DNA of 31,358 bases from positions 1-31,358 of the forward strand of contig JBBILZ010000029.1 in the NCBI GenBank assembly GCA_037444665.1. Direction: 5' to 3'. Positions 1 to 8,113 of this stretch are shown here, one piece after another (the first letter of the stretch is position 1; every line of letters starts with the position of its first letter). Made by a program: the position numbers and the translations under genes. This DNA comes from a candidate division WOR-3 bacterium (GTDB taxonomy: Bacteria; Hydrothermota; Tepidihabitantia; SM23-42; JAOAFX01). The notes beneath the pieces were generated by a model. The model worked only from the letters and a program-made list of their open reading frames with translations, searched no databases and was not told the DNA's origin.

Positions 1-18
1 TATCTTTAAAGCATTCAT
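1..18 (-). CDS. 5' end of a gene running off the left edge (MNALKI...), possibly a paralog of the C25 gene at 26121
   Basis: Minus strand reads GAGGAGGTCAAA-ATG AAT GCT TTA AAG ATA: strong SD, upstream promoter, and leader similar to that of the 26121 gene (MKTPKI...). Confidence 0.7.
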
Positions 19-60
19 TTTGACCTCCTCAATTTTGAGCCTTCGCCGTCTTTCAATAAT

Positions 61-88
61 ATTATAATCAAAACTCTATTTATGTCAA
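61..88 (-). promoter_or_regulatory. sigma70-type promoter TTGACA-N16-TATAAT for the gene at 1-18
   Basis: Perfect hexamers (tgtcaa 83-88, attata 61-66 on plus strand). Confidence 0.75.
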
Positions 89-170
89 GATATTATCTTT
101 CAGAGTCCTCCTCATTTTCTTGTCTTATTTTCTACGTCTATAAAAGATGGAATCATCCCTGCATCAAAAC

Positions 171-193
171 ATAGCTGCCCGATTCATCGGGCA
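171..193 (+). repeat. REP-like palindrome (ATAG-ctgcccgat-tc-atcgggca)
   Basis: 8-bp stem; similar to the GTAG-headed copy at 20253-20277. Confidence 0.55.
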
Positions 194-281
194 TTATATT
201 CTGTGTTCGGCAAGGAACAGGTTTGAGGTTTTTGGGCATGGATGCTGGTACGGTTATAGGGCGTGGTGGAGGGTGAAAATA

Positions 282-373
282 ACGGGACTAAAGTCCCTAC
301 TCCACTTTCACATAGATAGGAATAGAGTTTTTAGCCTCGTGAAATTTTTTACGGGACTAAAATCCCTACCCCA
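282..373 (-). repeat. Two direct copies of a GTAG-headed REP-like hairpin (282-304 and 351-373)
   Basis: acgggactaaagtccctactcca vs acgggactaaaatccctacccca (21/23); minus strand GTAGGGACTTTAGTCCCG. Confidence 0.65.
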
Positions 374-433
374 GATGCCTAATAGCGTTAAAGTTCTGGA
401 AAAACTAAAGAGGAAAACAGTGGGGAGGTCAGA

Positions 434-2680
434 TTATCTTTTCACCAGCGGAACATAATTTTTCAACAAGAGTGATAGACTTACCACTGTGACTGAACTC
501 ATTGCCATTGCCAGACCGGCAAATTCTGGTCTGAATGTAATCTTAAAGATAGGGTAGAGGACCCCAGCGGCAACAGGGATGAGAATTATATTATAAAAGA
601 ATGCCCAGAAAAGGTTCTGCTTTATCCTTGACATCACCTTTCTGCCCAGCTGGATTGCAGAAACCACATCAATGACTTCATTCTTTATTAAGACCATATC
701 ACCACTCTCAATGGCAATGTCAGTTCCACTGCCCACTGCAATACCCAAGTCAGCGCGGGCAAGTGCCGGAGCATCATTTATTCCATCACCAACAAATGCT
801 ACGATTTCGCCTTTTTCCTGCAACTTTATTACTTCATTTGCCTTATCCTGCGGTAAAACCTCGGCAATGACATAATCAATACCAATCTGTCGCGCAACAC
901 CCTTTGCTGAATTCATGTTATCGCCAGTAATCATAGCTGATTTGAGATTCATTCTTTTTAATGCCTCAATTGCCTTCTGGGCTGTTGATTTTATCTTATC
1001 TGCAATAACCATTAAGCCATAGATTACTTCCTGGTCACCAATGATTACAATCGTCTTGCCCTGTTTTTCTATTTCCCTTACCTTTTCTTCTACCTCTTTA
1101 GGGAATGTTATGATATTCTCCTTTAAGAATTTGGCATTGCCAAGAAAATATAATTTTCCATTAATCTTTCCTTTTATACCTCTACCTTCAACAGTCTCTA
1201 AATCTTCACACTCCAGTAAATTTACATTTCTCTTTTCTGCTTCTTTTACTATTGCTTCAGCCAGTGGGTGCAAGGAATTTTTTTCAATACTGCCGGCAAT
1301 CTGTAAAATTTTTATTTTTTCTTCTTCATCGCTACCATTGATTTTAATAGTTGCCTGTTTTACCGGAATAATATCAATTACCTCAGGTTTCCCAGTTGTT
1401 AATGTTCCTGTCTTATCAAAGACAACCGCTGTGATCTTCTGTGCAATCTCCAGTGCCTCACCATTTTTAATCAAAATTCCCAATTCTGCACCCCTGCCAA
1501 TGCCCACAGTAACTGCGGTTGGTGTAGCAAGGCCCAATGCACAGGGGCAGGCAACGACGAGGATGGAAATTAAAATACTCAGGGCAAAATGCAGATTTGC
1601 ATCAAAAGCAAAATACCATAAAATAAAAGAGAGGATAGCAATACTCAATACAACCGGGATAAAATAACTTACGACATTATCTGCAATCTTCTGGACCGGC
1701 GGTTTTGAAGTCTGTGCCTCTTCAACGAGTCTTATTATCTGGGATAAGAGCGTCTCCTTACCAATTTTTGTCGCACGGAATTTTATTACTCCATTTTTGT
1801 TTATTGTGCCACCAATGACTCTATCACCTGATTTTTTTGCTACTGGTATGGGTTCTCCAGTAATCATTGATTCATCTACCGAACTCATTCCTTCTATTAC
1901 ATCTCCATCTGTGGCAATCTGCTCACCAGGTCGGGCAATAATAACATCATTAATCTGAACATCATCAATGGGGATTTCTCTCTCAGTATTATTGCGTAAA
2001 ACCATAGCGGTCTTTGGTTTTAGCCCAATCAATTTTTTGATTGCCTCAGATGTCCTGCTCTTTGCCCTTGCTTCAAGATAACGTCCCAGTGTCAAAAATG
2101 TAGCAAGGAGTATGGCTGCTTCATAAAACAAAAAATCTCTGGTCAGAACAATATTGAATGTTCCGAGAACACTTGCAATATATGCCACACCAATGCCCAT
2201 TGAATACATCACATCCATATTCAGAACTCTATTTTTTATTGCCTGGAATCCTGCCTTAAAAATTGGAGAACTGATATATAAAAATGTGGGTGTGGAAACA
2301 ATGAACAGGATATAATGGAGGGGAAAATTGAGATGATGGAGTGGAATATACATAAGAACCATCAAGGGGATGCCAATGATAAAGCCGATAATAAATCTTA
2401 TTCTTTTATTTTTTAATTCTCTTTCTCTTAGTCTATTCTCGTATTCCTGGTCAATCTCTTCGTCAATTCCAAGGAATTGATAGCCCACATCTTCTATCGC
2501 TTTTTTTATCTTTTCTTTGCTAACGACTGACGGGTCATAATTGACCGTTGCCTTTTCTGTCGCAAGGTTAACCACCACATCAATTGTGCCATCAAGTTTT
2601 TTTAATGAGTTCTCAATCGTGGTTACGCACGTTGCACAATGCATACCACCAATTTTAACAATTTTCTTTTCAGATTTCAT
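434..2680 (-). CDS. copA: Copper-translocating P1B-type ATPase
   Basis: N-terminal [33 protein letters not shown] and MAMSS motifs typical of Cu(I) P1B-1 ATPases. Confidence 0.95.
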   Translation of the reverse strand: MKSEKKIVKIGGMHCATCVTTIENSLKKLDGTIDVVVNLATEKATVNYDPSVVSKEKIKKAIEDVGYQFLGIDEEIDQEYENRLRERELKNKRIRFIIGFIIGIPLMVLMYIPLHHLNFPLHYILFIVSTPTFLYISSPIFKAGFQAIKNRVLNMDVMYSMGIGVAYIASVLGTFNIVLTRDFLFYEAAILLATFLTLGRYLEARAKSRTSEAIKKLIGLKPKTAMVLRNNTEREIPIDDVQINDVIIARPGEQIATDGDVIEGMSSVDESMITGEPIPVAKKSGDRVIGGTINKNGVIKFRATKIGKETLLSQIIRLVEEAQTSKPPVQKIADNVVSYFIPVVLSIAILSFILWYFAFDANLHFALSILISILVVACPCALGLATPTAVTVGIGRGAELGILIKNGEALEIAQKITAVVFDKTGTLTTGKPEVIDIIPVKQATIKINGSDEEEKIKILQIAGSIEKNSLHPLAEAIVKEAEKRNVNLLECEDLETVEGRGIKGKINGKLYFLGNAKFLKENIITFPKEVEEKVREIEKQGKTIVIIGDQEVIYGLMVIADKIKSTAQKAIEALKRMNLKSAMITGDNMNSAKGVARQIGIDYVIAEVLPQDKANEVIKLQEKGEIVAFVGDGINDAPALARADLGIAVGSGTDIAIESGDMVLIKNEVIDVVSAIQLGRKVMSRIKQNLFWAFFYNIILIPVAAGVLYPIFKITFRPEFAGLAMAMSSVTVVSLSLLLKNYVPLVKR

Positions 2681-2688
2681 AATTTTCC

Positions 2689-2719
2689 ATCCCCTCTCCC
2701 TCTAATTGGGAGAGGGGAT
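2689..2719. repeat. 12-bp GC-rich hairpin immediately upstream of copA
   Basis: atcccctctccc-tctaatt-gggagaggggat. Confidence 0.65.
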
Positions 2720-2736
2720 TTTTAGCAAACACTCCC

Positions 2737-2760
2737 CGTCCATCTTAAGATGGACGCTAC
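2737..2760 (-). repeat. GTAG-headed perfect 20-bp palindrome (REP-like)
   Basis: cgtccatcttaagatggacg followed by ctac (GTAG on minus strand). Confidence 0.65.
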
Positions 2761-2794
2761 TTTTTCTTCTAAGCCCTAATTATGTTATTCAGGG

Positions 2795-3214
2795 TTAAAT
2801 CTCCTCAAGTAGCGTGGTGAATGTGTCGTGATGTTCTTCTTCGTCAGCGAGTATGCCTTCAAATAGTTTTCGCGTAACCTCATCACCTTCATCCCTTGCC
2901 TTCTGAATGACTTGCTTATATAGTTTTATTGCACCTTCTTCGTCTTTTTTGTCCTGTTCAAGCATTTCTTTGAGTGCTTCGCCGACTATTATTGGTTCGG
3001 GTTTGGTCGTTGGCTTACCGCCAAGATAATTTAATCTCTCAGCAATTGCCTCAGCATGTTTCATTTCAGTTATAGAGATCTTTTTTAGTTCATCTTTTAC
3101 TGCAAACCCTTTTACACCCTTCCACTGAACATGTTGCCACATATATTGAATGGCAACCTGCAGTTCACGGGCGATTGATTTGTTCATCAAATCAAGTAGT
3201 TCTTTTGATGCCAT
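2795..3214 (-). CDS. Bacterioferritin-like / ferritin-like diiron protein
   Basis: RELQVAIQY, EMKHA (includes the Met equivalent to the Bfr haem ligand), DEEEH ferroxidase-type motifs; SD AAGGAG. Confidence 0.85.
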   Translation of the reverse strand: MASKELLDLMNKSIARELQVAIQYMWQHVQWKGVKGFAVKDELKKISITEMKHAEAIAERLNYLGGKPTTKPEPIIVGEALKEMLEQDKKDEEGAIKLYKQVIQKARDEGDEVTRKLFEGILADEEEHHDTFTTLLEEI

Positions 3215-3280
3215 AATTATCTCCTTTCTTTTTTTATTTTTTTATTTTTTTTGGGGGGTTCATAGATACACCCTTTTATG

Positions 3281-3946
3281 TCAAATCTGAACTGAACTCA
3301 AAATTTTTTCCAGAAATTGAGATTCTGGAAGTGCACCTTCAAATTGGGCAGTATCATTTATTACAATCTTGGGTACGGCAAAGACATTAAAACGCTGGGC
3401 AAGATGGGGAAATTCCTGGGCATTTATTGTTTCCGCAGTGATGGACTGGTTCTCCATAGCAAACTTGAAGGCGGTAATTGCTGCCTGAGGACAATAAGGG
3501 CAGGTGAGGGTGACAAACACCTTTATATGCACAAACTTGGTAATGGTCTTTATTTTTTCTTTTACCTCTGCAGCGATCCCTGAATCCCTGTTTGATACCA
3601 GTTTAATTGCTTCAATCAGGGTAGAAAATTCATAACCTGCGGGCATACCAAAAAATCTTATACCATAGTCAATCTCACTTTTAATTACATTCGCTGGTAT
3701 CTTTTCAATCTTGTATTCTTCAACCTTTTCTTTGTCTTTTAGAAAATCATAGACTTCTATGCTAATTTTATCCGAAAGGCTGCTCAATTCTTCCATCAAC
3801 AATCTATTATCACGACAGTTTTCGCACTCCAGGGTAGGCATTACAATCGGTGATTCCTGCGTAAATACTACTAACTTCACTGCTTCTTTTAAATCATTAA
3901 ATATTTTTTTTACCTCAGTCTTTACCTGCTCATCAAGAACTGACAT
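3281..3946 (-). CDS. Protein disulfide oxidoreductase (two thioredoxin folds, PDO / AhpF N-terminal-like)
   Basis: CENC and CPYC motifs, GMPAGYEFSTLI; start reassigned to ATG 3946 after SD AAGGAGG. Confidence 0.9.
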   Translation of the reverse strand: MSVLDEQVKTEVKKIFNDLKEAVKLVVFTQESPIVMPTLECENCRDNRLLMEELSSLSDKISIEVYDFLKDKEKVEEYKIEKIPANVIKSEIDYGIRFFGMPAGYEFSTLIEAIKLVSNRDSGIAAEVKEKIKTITKFVHIKVFVTLTCPYCPQAAITAFKFAMENQSITAETINAQEFPHLAQRFNVFAVPKIVINDTAQFEGALPESQFLEKILSSVQI

Positions 3947-4124
3947 CTTGCCTCCTTTTATTTTTTGTCCCACAATGCGGGCATTTCTCAAATTTTATGT
4001 TGTATAATTTACCACACTCAGAGCAGGGAATTAATTCTATCTTGCAATTGGTGCAGAAAATAGGTTCAAAACACTTAAATAACAATTCGCTATTGCAGAA
4101 TGGACATTTACACCTTTTAGCCAT
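3933..4124 (-). CDS. Small double zinc-ribbon protein (4 x CxxC)
   Basis: CPFC, CTNC, CSEC, CPHC; starts right after the iscU stop and overlaps the PDO start. Confidence 0.75.
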   Translation of the reverse strand: MAKRCKCPFCNSELLFKCFEPIFCTNCKIELIPCSECGKLYNIKFEKCPHCGTKNKRRQDVSS

Positions 4125-4125
4125 T

Positions 4126-4503
4126 TTACTTGCCTTGCTTTTTTAGATAATCCTCAATCGCCTTATGCAACGCATCCGCACCAAGATTTGAACAATGCAT
4201 CTTATTGGGAGGCAGACCACCGAGTTCCTGGGCAACGAGTTCATTGGTAATCTTTAATGCCTCTTCAATAGTTTTTCCCATCGCCATTTCACTCACCATA
4301 GAAGAGACTGCAATTGCCGCACCACAGCCAAAGGTCTTGAACTTTATGTCCACAAGCCGATTATCCTTCACCTTAATATAGAATGTCATCATATCACCAC
4401 AGACCGGATTCCCTACTTCTCCGATACCATCAGCATCCGGAATTTCTCCAACATTGCGCGGGTGCTGAAAATGTTCCATTACTTTTTCTGAGTAGAATGG
4501 CAT
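4126..4503 (-). CDS. iscU: Fe-S cluster scaffold IscU/NifU-N
   Basis: YSEKVMEHF, GNPVCGD, FGCGAAIA, KMHCSNL; SD GAGGTG. Confidence 0.92.
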   Translation of the reverse strand: MPFYSEKVMEHFQHPRNVGEIPDADGIGEVGNPVCGDMMTFYIKVKDNRLVDIKFKTFGCGAAIAVSSMVSEMAMGKTIEEALKITNELVAQELGGLPPNKMHCSNLGADALHKAIEDYLKKQGK

Positions 4504-4551
4504 AACATCACCTCACAATTTTTCGGTAATATCCCGAATTAAAAATCCTAA

Positions 4552-4594
4552 TTAGAATTTGTTTCGTATTTCGAATTTCGTATTTCGAATTTTT
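4552..4594 (-). repeat. Half copy of the heptamer-repeat element
   Basis: Minus strand aaattcg-aaatacg-aaattcg-aaatacg-aaacaaattctaa, matching left arms at 7021 and 15335. Confidence 0.75.
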
Positions 4595-4596
4595 CA

Positions 4597-5106
4597 TTAA
4601 TATAGTGGTGTAAAATGGGCATCTGCCCAGTATTCTTCTTTTAACAGGTCTAATTGTTTTGTAATTGCCTCTAAATGTTTTTCTTCCCATCTCTGTAGAT
4701 TCTCAAATAACTGCCGGGCAACAGGGTCGTCAGCTTCTTCTTTCATTTTACGGTAAAAATCTATTGAATTCGTTTCAAGAAGTGCTCCAATACTCAATGC
4801 TGACATCTCAAAGTGTCTGTCCTGAATGCGATTCTTTAATTCTTTAGAAAATATGGGATTTTCATCGGCAAAAACCGGTGGTTTAGCAAGTTCTGTTGAT
4901 ACAAGCCACCCGTTGTCTTCAATGAGATGCTGATATTGCCGTTTCAATTCATTATAATGTTTTTCTTCATCACTGGCAAGCATCTGGAAGACCTCTTTGC
5001 CTTTTTTATCCTCAGTCTTTTCTGCTGCAATACGATAAAATTCAATGCCATTCAACTCAGTTTGCAGTGCAATCTTTATTCCTTTAAGTGCTTTTTCTTT
5101 ATCCAT
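4597..5106 (-). CDS. Rubrerythrin-like ferritin family protein
   Basis: Two ExxH diiron motifs (DEEKH, WEEKH) with ExxxxxFY helices; no rubredoxin domain. Confidence 0.85.
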   Translation of the reverse strand: MDKEKALKGIKIALQTELNGIEFYRIAAEKTEDKKGKEVFQMLASDEEKHYNELKRQYQHLIEDNGWLVSTELAKPPVFADENPIFSKELKNRIQDRHFEMSALSIGALLETNSIDFYRKMKEEADDPVARQLFENLQRWEEKHLEAITKQLDLLKEEYWADAHFTPLY

Positions 5107-5117
5107 AAAAACTCCTA

Positions 5118-5630
5118 TTAACCTCTTTCTCCCTCCATTGTAAATTCACTGATACCAAACCAGAAACCAGTTTTCTCAATATTATCAATTTCAGCCTGAA
5201 TCAAATCGTAATGCGATTCTTCCATTTCAATGAGACGGTCAAAAATCTTTGTAGCATCGGGATTAGAGATTTTCGTTTTATTTTCTTTGTAAAATTCAAT
5301 AGATTTTTTTTCTAATTCAAGGGCGGTCTTTAAAGCAGAAAGTTCATCAAGCCCCTGCTCAGTTTTTGGTCGGTCTAATTCTCTTATCTTTGGTGCAATC
5401 TTTTCAATAATAGATTCAGGAATATCCTGGCAAATCCATACTTGATTACACATTATACTCTCAAGTTGTTTTTCCAGAACTTCCATATGAGATAATTCGT
5501 CCTCTGCGAGTCTGATAAACATATTTTTGCCCGTAGTGTCTTTAGTTTTGAAAGCATAATCAAGATAAGTCTTGATGCCGTTCTTTTCTATTTTAATACC
5601 GGTCTTTAAAATATCCATTACATTTTCCAT
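5118..5630 (-). CDS. Rubrerythrin-like ferritin family protein
   Basis: DELSH and MEESH motifs, LEKKSIEFY; SD AAGGAG. Confidence 0.85.
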   Translation of the reverse strand: MENVMDILKTGIKIEKNGIKTYLDYAFKTKDTTGKNMFIRLAEDELSHMEVLEKQLESIMCNQVWICQDIPESIIEKIAPKIRELDRPKTEQGLDELSALKTALELEKKSIEFYKENKTKISNPDATKIFDRLIEMEESHYDLIQAEIDNIEKTGFWFGISEFTMEGERG

Positions 5631-5651
5631 TTCTTCACTCCTTGTTATTTA

Positions 5652-5679
5652 ATTATACATAATTTAGACACCGAATCAA
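5652..5679 (-). promoter_or_regulatory. Promoter TTGATT-N16-TATAAT for the ferritin/IscU/PDO/CopA operon
   Basis: aatcaa 5674-5679 and attata 5652-5657 on plus strand, followed by the SD. Confidence 0.6.
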
Positions 5680-5763
5680 GTAAATAGTTAACCTTTATTT
5701 TTATTTCTTCTCATCAGAAGCCTTTTTCAGTTAATACAGACATTAAATTCTGCAACGTGCCTC

Positions 5764-5791
5764 TTGAAATTCTCCTATAAATTTATATAAT
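5764..5791 (+). promoter_or_regulatory. Promoter TTGAAA-N16-TATAAT, 5 nt before sucC ATG (probably leaderless)
   Basis: Hexamers seen directly; no SD before ATG 5797. Confidence 0.65.
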
Positions 5792-5796
5792 CCTTT

Positions 5797-6993
5797 ATGC
5801 GGTTATATGAATTTGAAGGTAAGATGCTCTTCAGGCGCAATAAGATTCCGATACCTAATGGCGTGGTGGTTGATAAAAATTCTCTATCAGAACTTGAAAA
5901 GGTCGTATACCCGGTTGTAATAAAGGCGCAGGCTTTTTTAGGGGGTAGGGGAAAGGCAGGGGTGATTCAATTTGCTCAATCCCGTGATGAGGCTGAACAA
6001 AAAATCAAAGATATGTTAGGTAAAAAGCACGGTCCTTATGTAATTGAGAAGGTGTTAATAGAAAGAAAACTTGAGATTGAGCAGGAGTTATATATTGCTG
6101 CACTCATTGATAGGCTTGAACATAAACCACTATTAATGCTGAGCACTAAGGGCGGGATGGATATTGAAGAAATTGCAAAGACTGCTCCGCAATATATTAA
6201 AAAATACTACTTTGAGCCGGCTGAAAAACTATTTGAATATAAAGCACGCTTAATCGCTGGACAGTTTGGTTTTTCTGGTGAATTGTTTAGCAGTCTTTCC
6301 ACCATAATATTAAATTTATATAATCTTTTTATAAACTTAGATTGTAAACTTGCTGAGATCAATCCATTGGTCATTACAAAAGATAAAAAGTTTTTTGCCC
6401 TTGATGCCAAGGTTGACCTTGATGAAGATGCAATGTTCAGGCATCCGGAATTAAAGGAAATGGGTATATTCGCTCGGAATGAGATTGGTGAACTAACAGA
6501 GCGGGAAAGGATTGCCAAATCCGCAGGGATTCCTTATGCTGATGTTAATCCTGATGGTGATATAGGGGTCTTTCCTGGGGGTGCGGGTTTTGGTATTGCA
6601 GCAATTGATTTGATTTCCCATTATGGTGGCAGACCAGCAAATTTTATGGATTCTGGCGGTGCACCAACTCAGGAAAAATTGAAGGCGATGCTCGGGCTCT
6701 TAATGGATAATCCAAAGGTGAAGGTCATCTTTGGGGCGCGGTTTGGTGGCATATCCCGTTGTGATGATTGGGCAAAGGCAGTAGTTCAATATGTGATAGA
6801 GAATAAACCACACAAACCAATGATTATGCGAATGGCAGGAAATATGGAAGAGGAAGGCAGAAAGATATTTGAGCAGGCGAAGAATGACTATCCAGAATTA
6901 TTCAAAGACATAAAGGTATATGCCTATGATACACCGATTGAAACAGTTATTCAAGAGACAATTATGGTTGCTAAGGGATTAAAATGCAAATAA
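5797..6993 (+). CDS. sucC: Succinate--CoA ligase beta subunit-like (ATP-grasp CoA ligase), divergent
   Basis: MRLYEFEGK, KAQ...GGRGKAG, GGMDIEE, EINPL, ALDAK, FGGISRCD. Confidence 0.85.
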   Translation: MRLYEFEGKMLFRRNKIPIPNGVVVDKNSLSELEKVVYPVVIKAQAFLGGRGKAGVIQFAQSRDEAEQKIKDMLGKKHGPYVIEKVLIERKLEIEQELYIAALIDRLEHKPLLMLSTKGGMDIEEIAKTAPQYIKKYYFEPAEKLFEYKARLIAGQFGFSGELFSSLSTIILNLYNLFINLDCKLAEINPLVITKDKKFFALDAKVDLDEDAMFRHPELKEMGIFARNEIGELTERERIAKSAGIPYADVNPDGDIGVFPGGAGFGIAAIDLISHYGGRPANFMDSGGAPTQEKLKAMLGLLMDNPKVKVIFGARFGGISRCDDWAKAVVQYVIENKPHKPMIMRMAGNMEEEGRKIFEQAKNDYPELFKDIKVYAYDTPIETVIQETIMVAKGLKCK

Positions 6994-7020
6994 GTTAAAA
7001 GCGCCTATGGATTACCAAAA

Positions 7021-7150
7021 AAATTCTAAATCCGAAATACGAAATCCGAAACAAATTTCAATAACCAAACCACAAAATTCTAAACAATTAGATTGTTTGA
7101 ATCATTTGAATTTGGGATTTAGTAATTGTTTAGAGTTTCGAATTTCGATA
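7021..7150 (+). repeat. Heptamer-repeat imperfect long hairpin element
   Basis: Left arm aaattct-aaatccg-aaatacg-aaatccg-aaacaaat; right arm gtttcg-aatttcg-atattcg-aattta; central aaacaat/attgttt stem. Confidence 0.8.
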
Positions 7151-7191
7151 TTCGAATTTACATTTATTTAACATGACATAAGATAATATCG

Positions 7192-8067
7192 ATGGCTATT
7201 CTCATAAACGAAAACACCAAGACTATTGTTCAGGGTATTACTGGTTCAAACGCCGCACTCCATACTAAATTTATGCTTGAGTACGGAACAAAGATTGTTG
7301 GTGGGGTAACACCTGGTAAGGGTGGTCAGAAAGTTGAAGGAGTTCCTGTTTATGATACAGTTGAGCAATGTTTGAGAGAACATCCTGATGCTACTGTTTC
7401 CAGTATCTGGGTGCCAGCGAGGTTTGCCAGAGAGGCAATTTTAGAGGCGATTGATGCGGGGATAAAGACAGTTGTGGTAATTACCGAAAGAATTCCAATT
7501 CATGATATGCTCTATGTAAGAGAAAAGGCGAAAACAAAAGGAGTTGTGGTGATAGGTGGTAATACTCCTGGTGTTATATCACCTGGGAAATGCCTTGTTG
7601 GAATGCTGCCGAGGATTGCTTTTCAACCTGGTAGAATTGGTACGGTTGCCCGCAGTGGTGCAGTTACCTATTATATCGCAAACTCACTCAATCTTGATGG
7701 ATTTGGAGAGTCAACATCAGTGGGACTTGGCGGTGACCCAATTCTTGGTTCTAATTTTGAAGATATTTTACGGCTCTTTGAACAGGACCCTGAAACAGAT
7801 GCAGCTGTAATGGCAGGAGAAATAGGCGGCGTATATGAGGAACTTTCTGCGCCATATATTAAACAGATGACAAAGCCGGTTGTTGCTTATATTACTGGAA
7901 AATCAGCGCCCCAGGGAAAGAGGCTCGGTCATGCCGGTGCAATCATAGAAGGGAATATGGGAACTGCACAGAGCAAGATTGAGGCATTAAAAAATAATGG
8001 TGCATTGATTGCGGAAACCCTCAGTGAAATACCTGTGTTAATAAAAAAAGTTTTAAAAAAACTATAA
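7192..8067 (+). CDS. sucD: Succinate--CoA ligase alpha subunit
   Basis: QGITG, GGVTPGKGG, GLGGDP, GEIGG, phospho-His motif LGHAGA. Confidence 0.92.
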   Translation: MAILINENTKTIVQGITGSNAALHTKFMLEYGTKIVGGVTPGKGGQKVEGVPVYDTVEQCLREHPDATVSSIWVPARFAREAILEAIDAGIKTVVVITERIPIHDMLYVREKAKTKGVVVIGGNTPGVISPGKCLVGMLPRIAFQPGRIGTVARSGAVTYYIANSLNLDGFGESTSVGLGGDPILGSNFEDILRLFEQDPETDAAVMAGEIGGVYEELSAPYIKQMTKPVVAYITGKSAPQGKRLGHAGAIIEGNMGTAQSKIEALKNNGALIAETLSEIPVLIKKVLKKL

Positions 8068-8072
8068 TTTTC

Positions 8073-8100
8073 TTGACATCCGCCAATTCTTCAGTATAAT
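8073..8100 (+). promoter_or_regulatory. Promoter TTGACA-N16-TATAAT for secA
   Basis: Perfect hexamers 13 nt before the ATG. Confidence 0.75.
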
Positions 8101-8113
8101 AATAAGAGTTTAT

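Noticed and set aside
147..458. 103-aa ORF on plus strand
   Set aside because: No SD; it reads through REP-like repeats (the repeated TGLKSL comes from the DNA repeat) and overlaps the copA end
1041..1667. 208-aa antisense ORF and the other short ORFs inside long genes
   Set aside because: Shadow frames of well-supported genes with no motifs or initiation signals
3947..3991. Extended N-terminus of the PDO ORF
   Set aside because: Lies within the zinc-ribbon gene; SD supports ATG 3946
4508..4690. 60-aa ORF on minus strand
   Set aside because: Out-of-frame overlap with the ferritin-like gene plus translation of the heptamer repeat
7021..7150. Possible CRISPR array or tRNA-like RNA
   Set aside because: No repeat-spacer periodicity, no cas genes, no cloverleaf with T-loop motif
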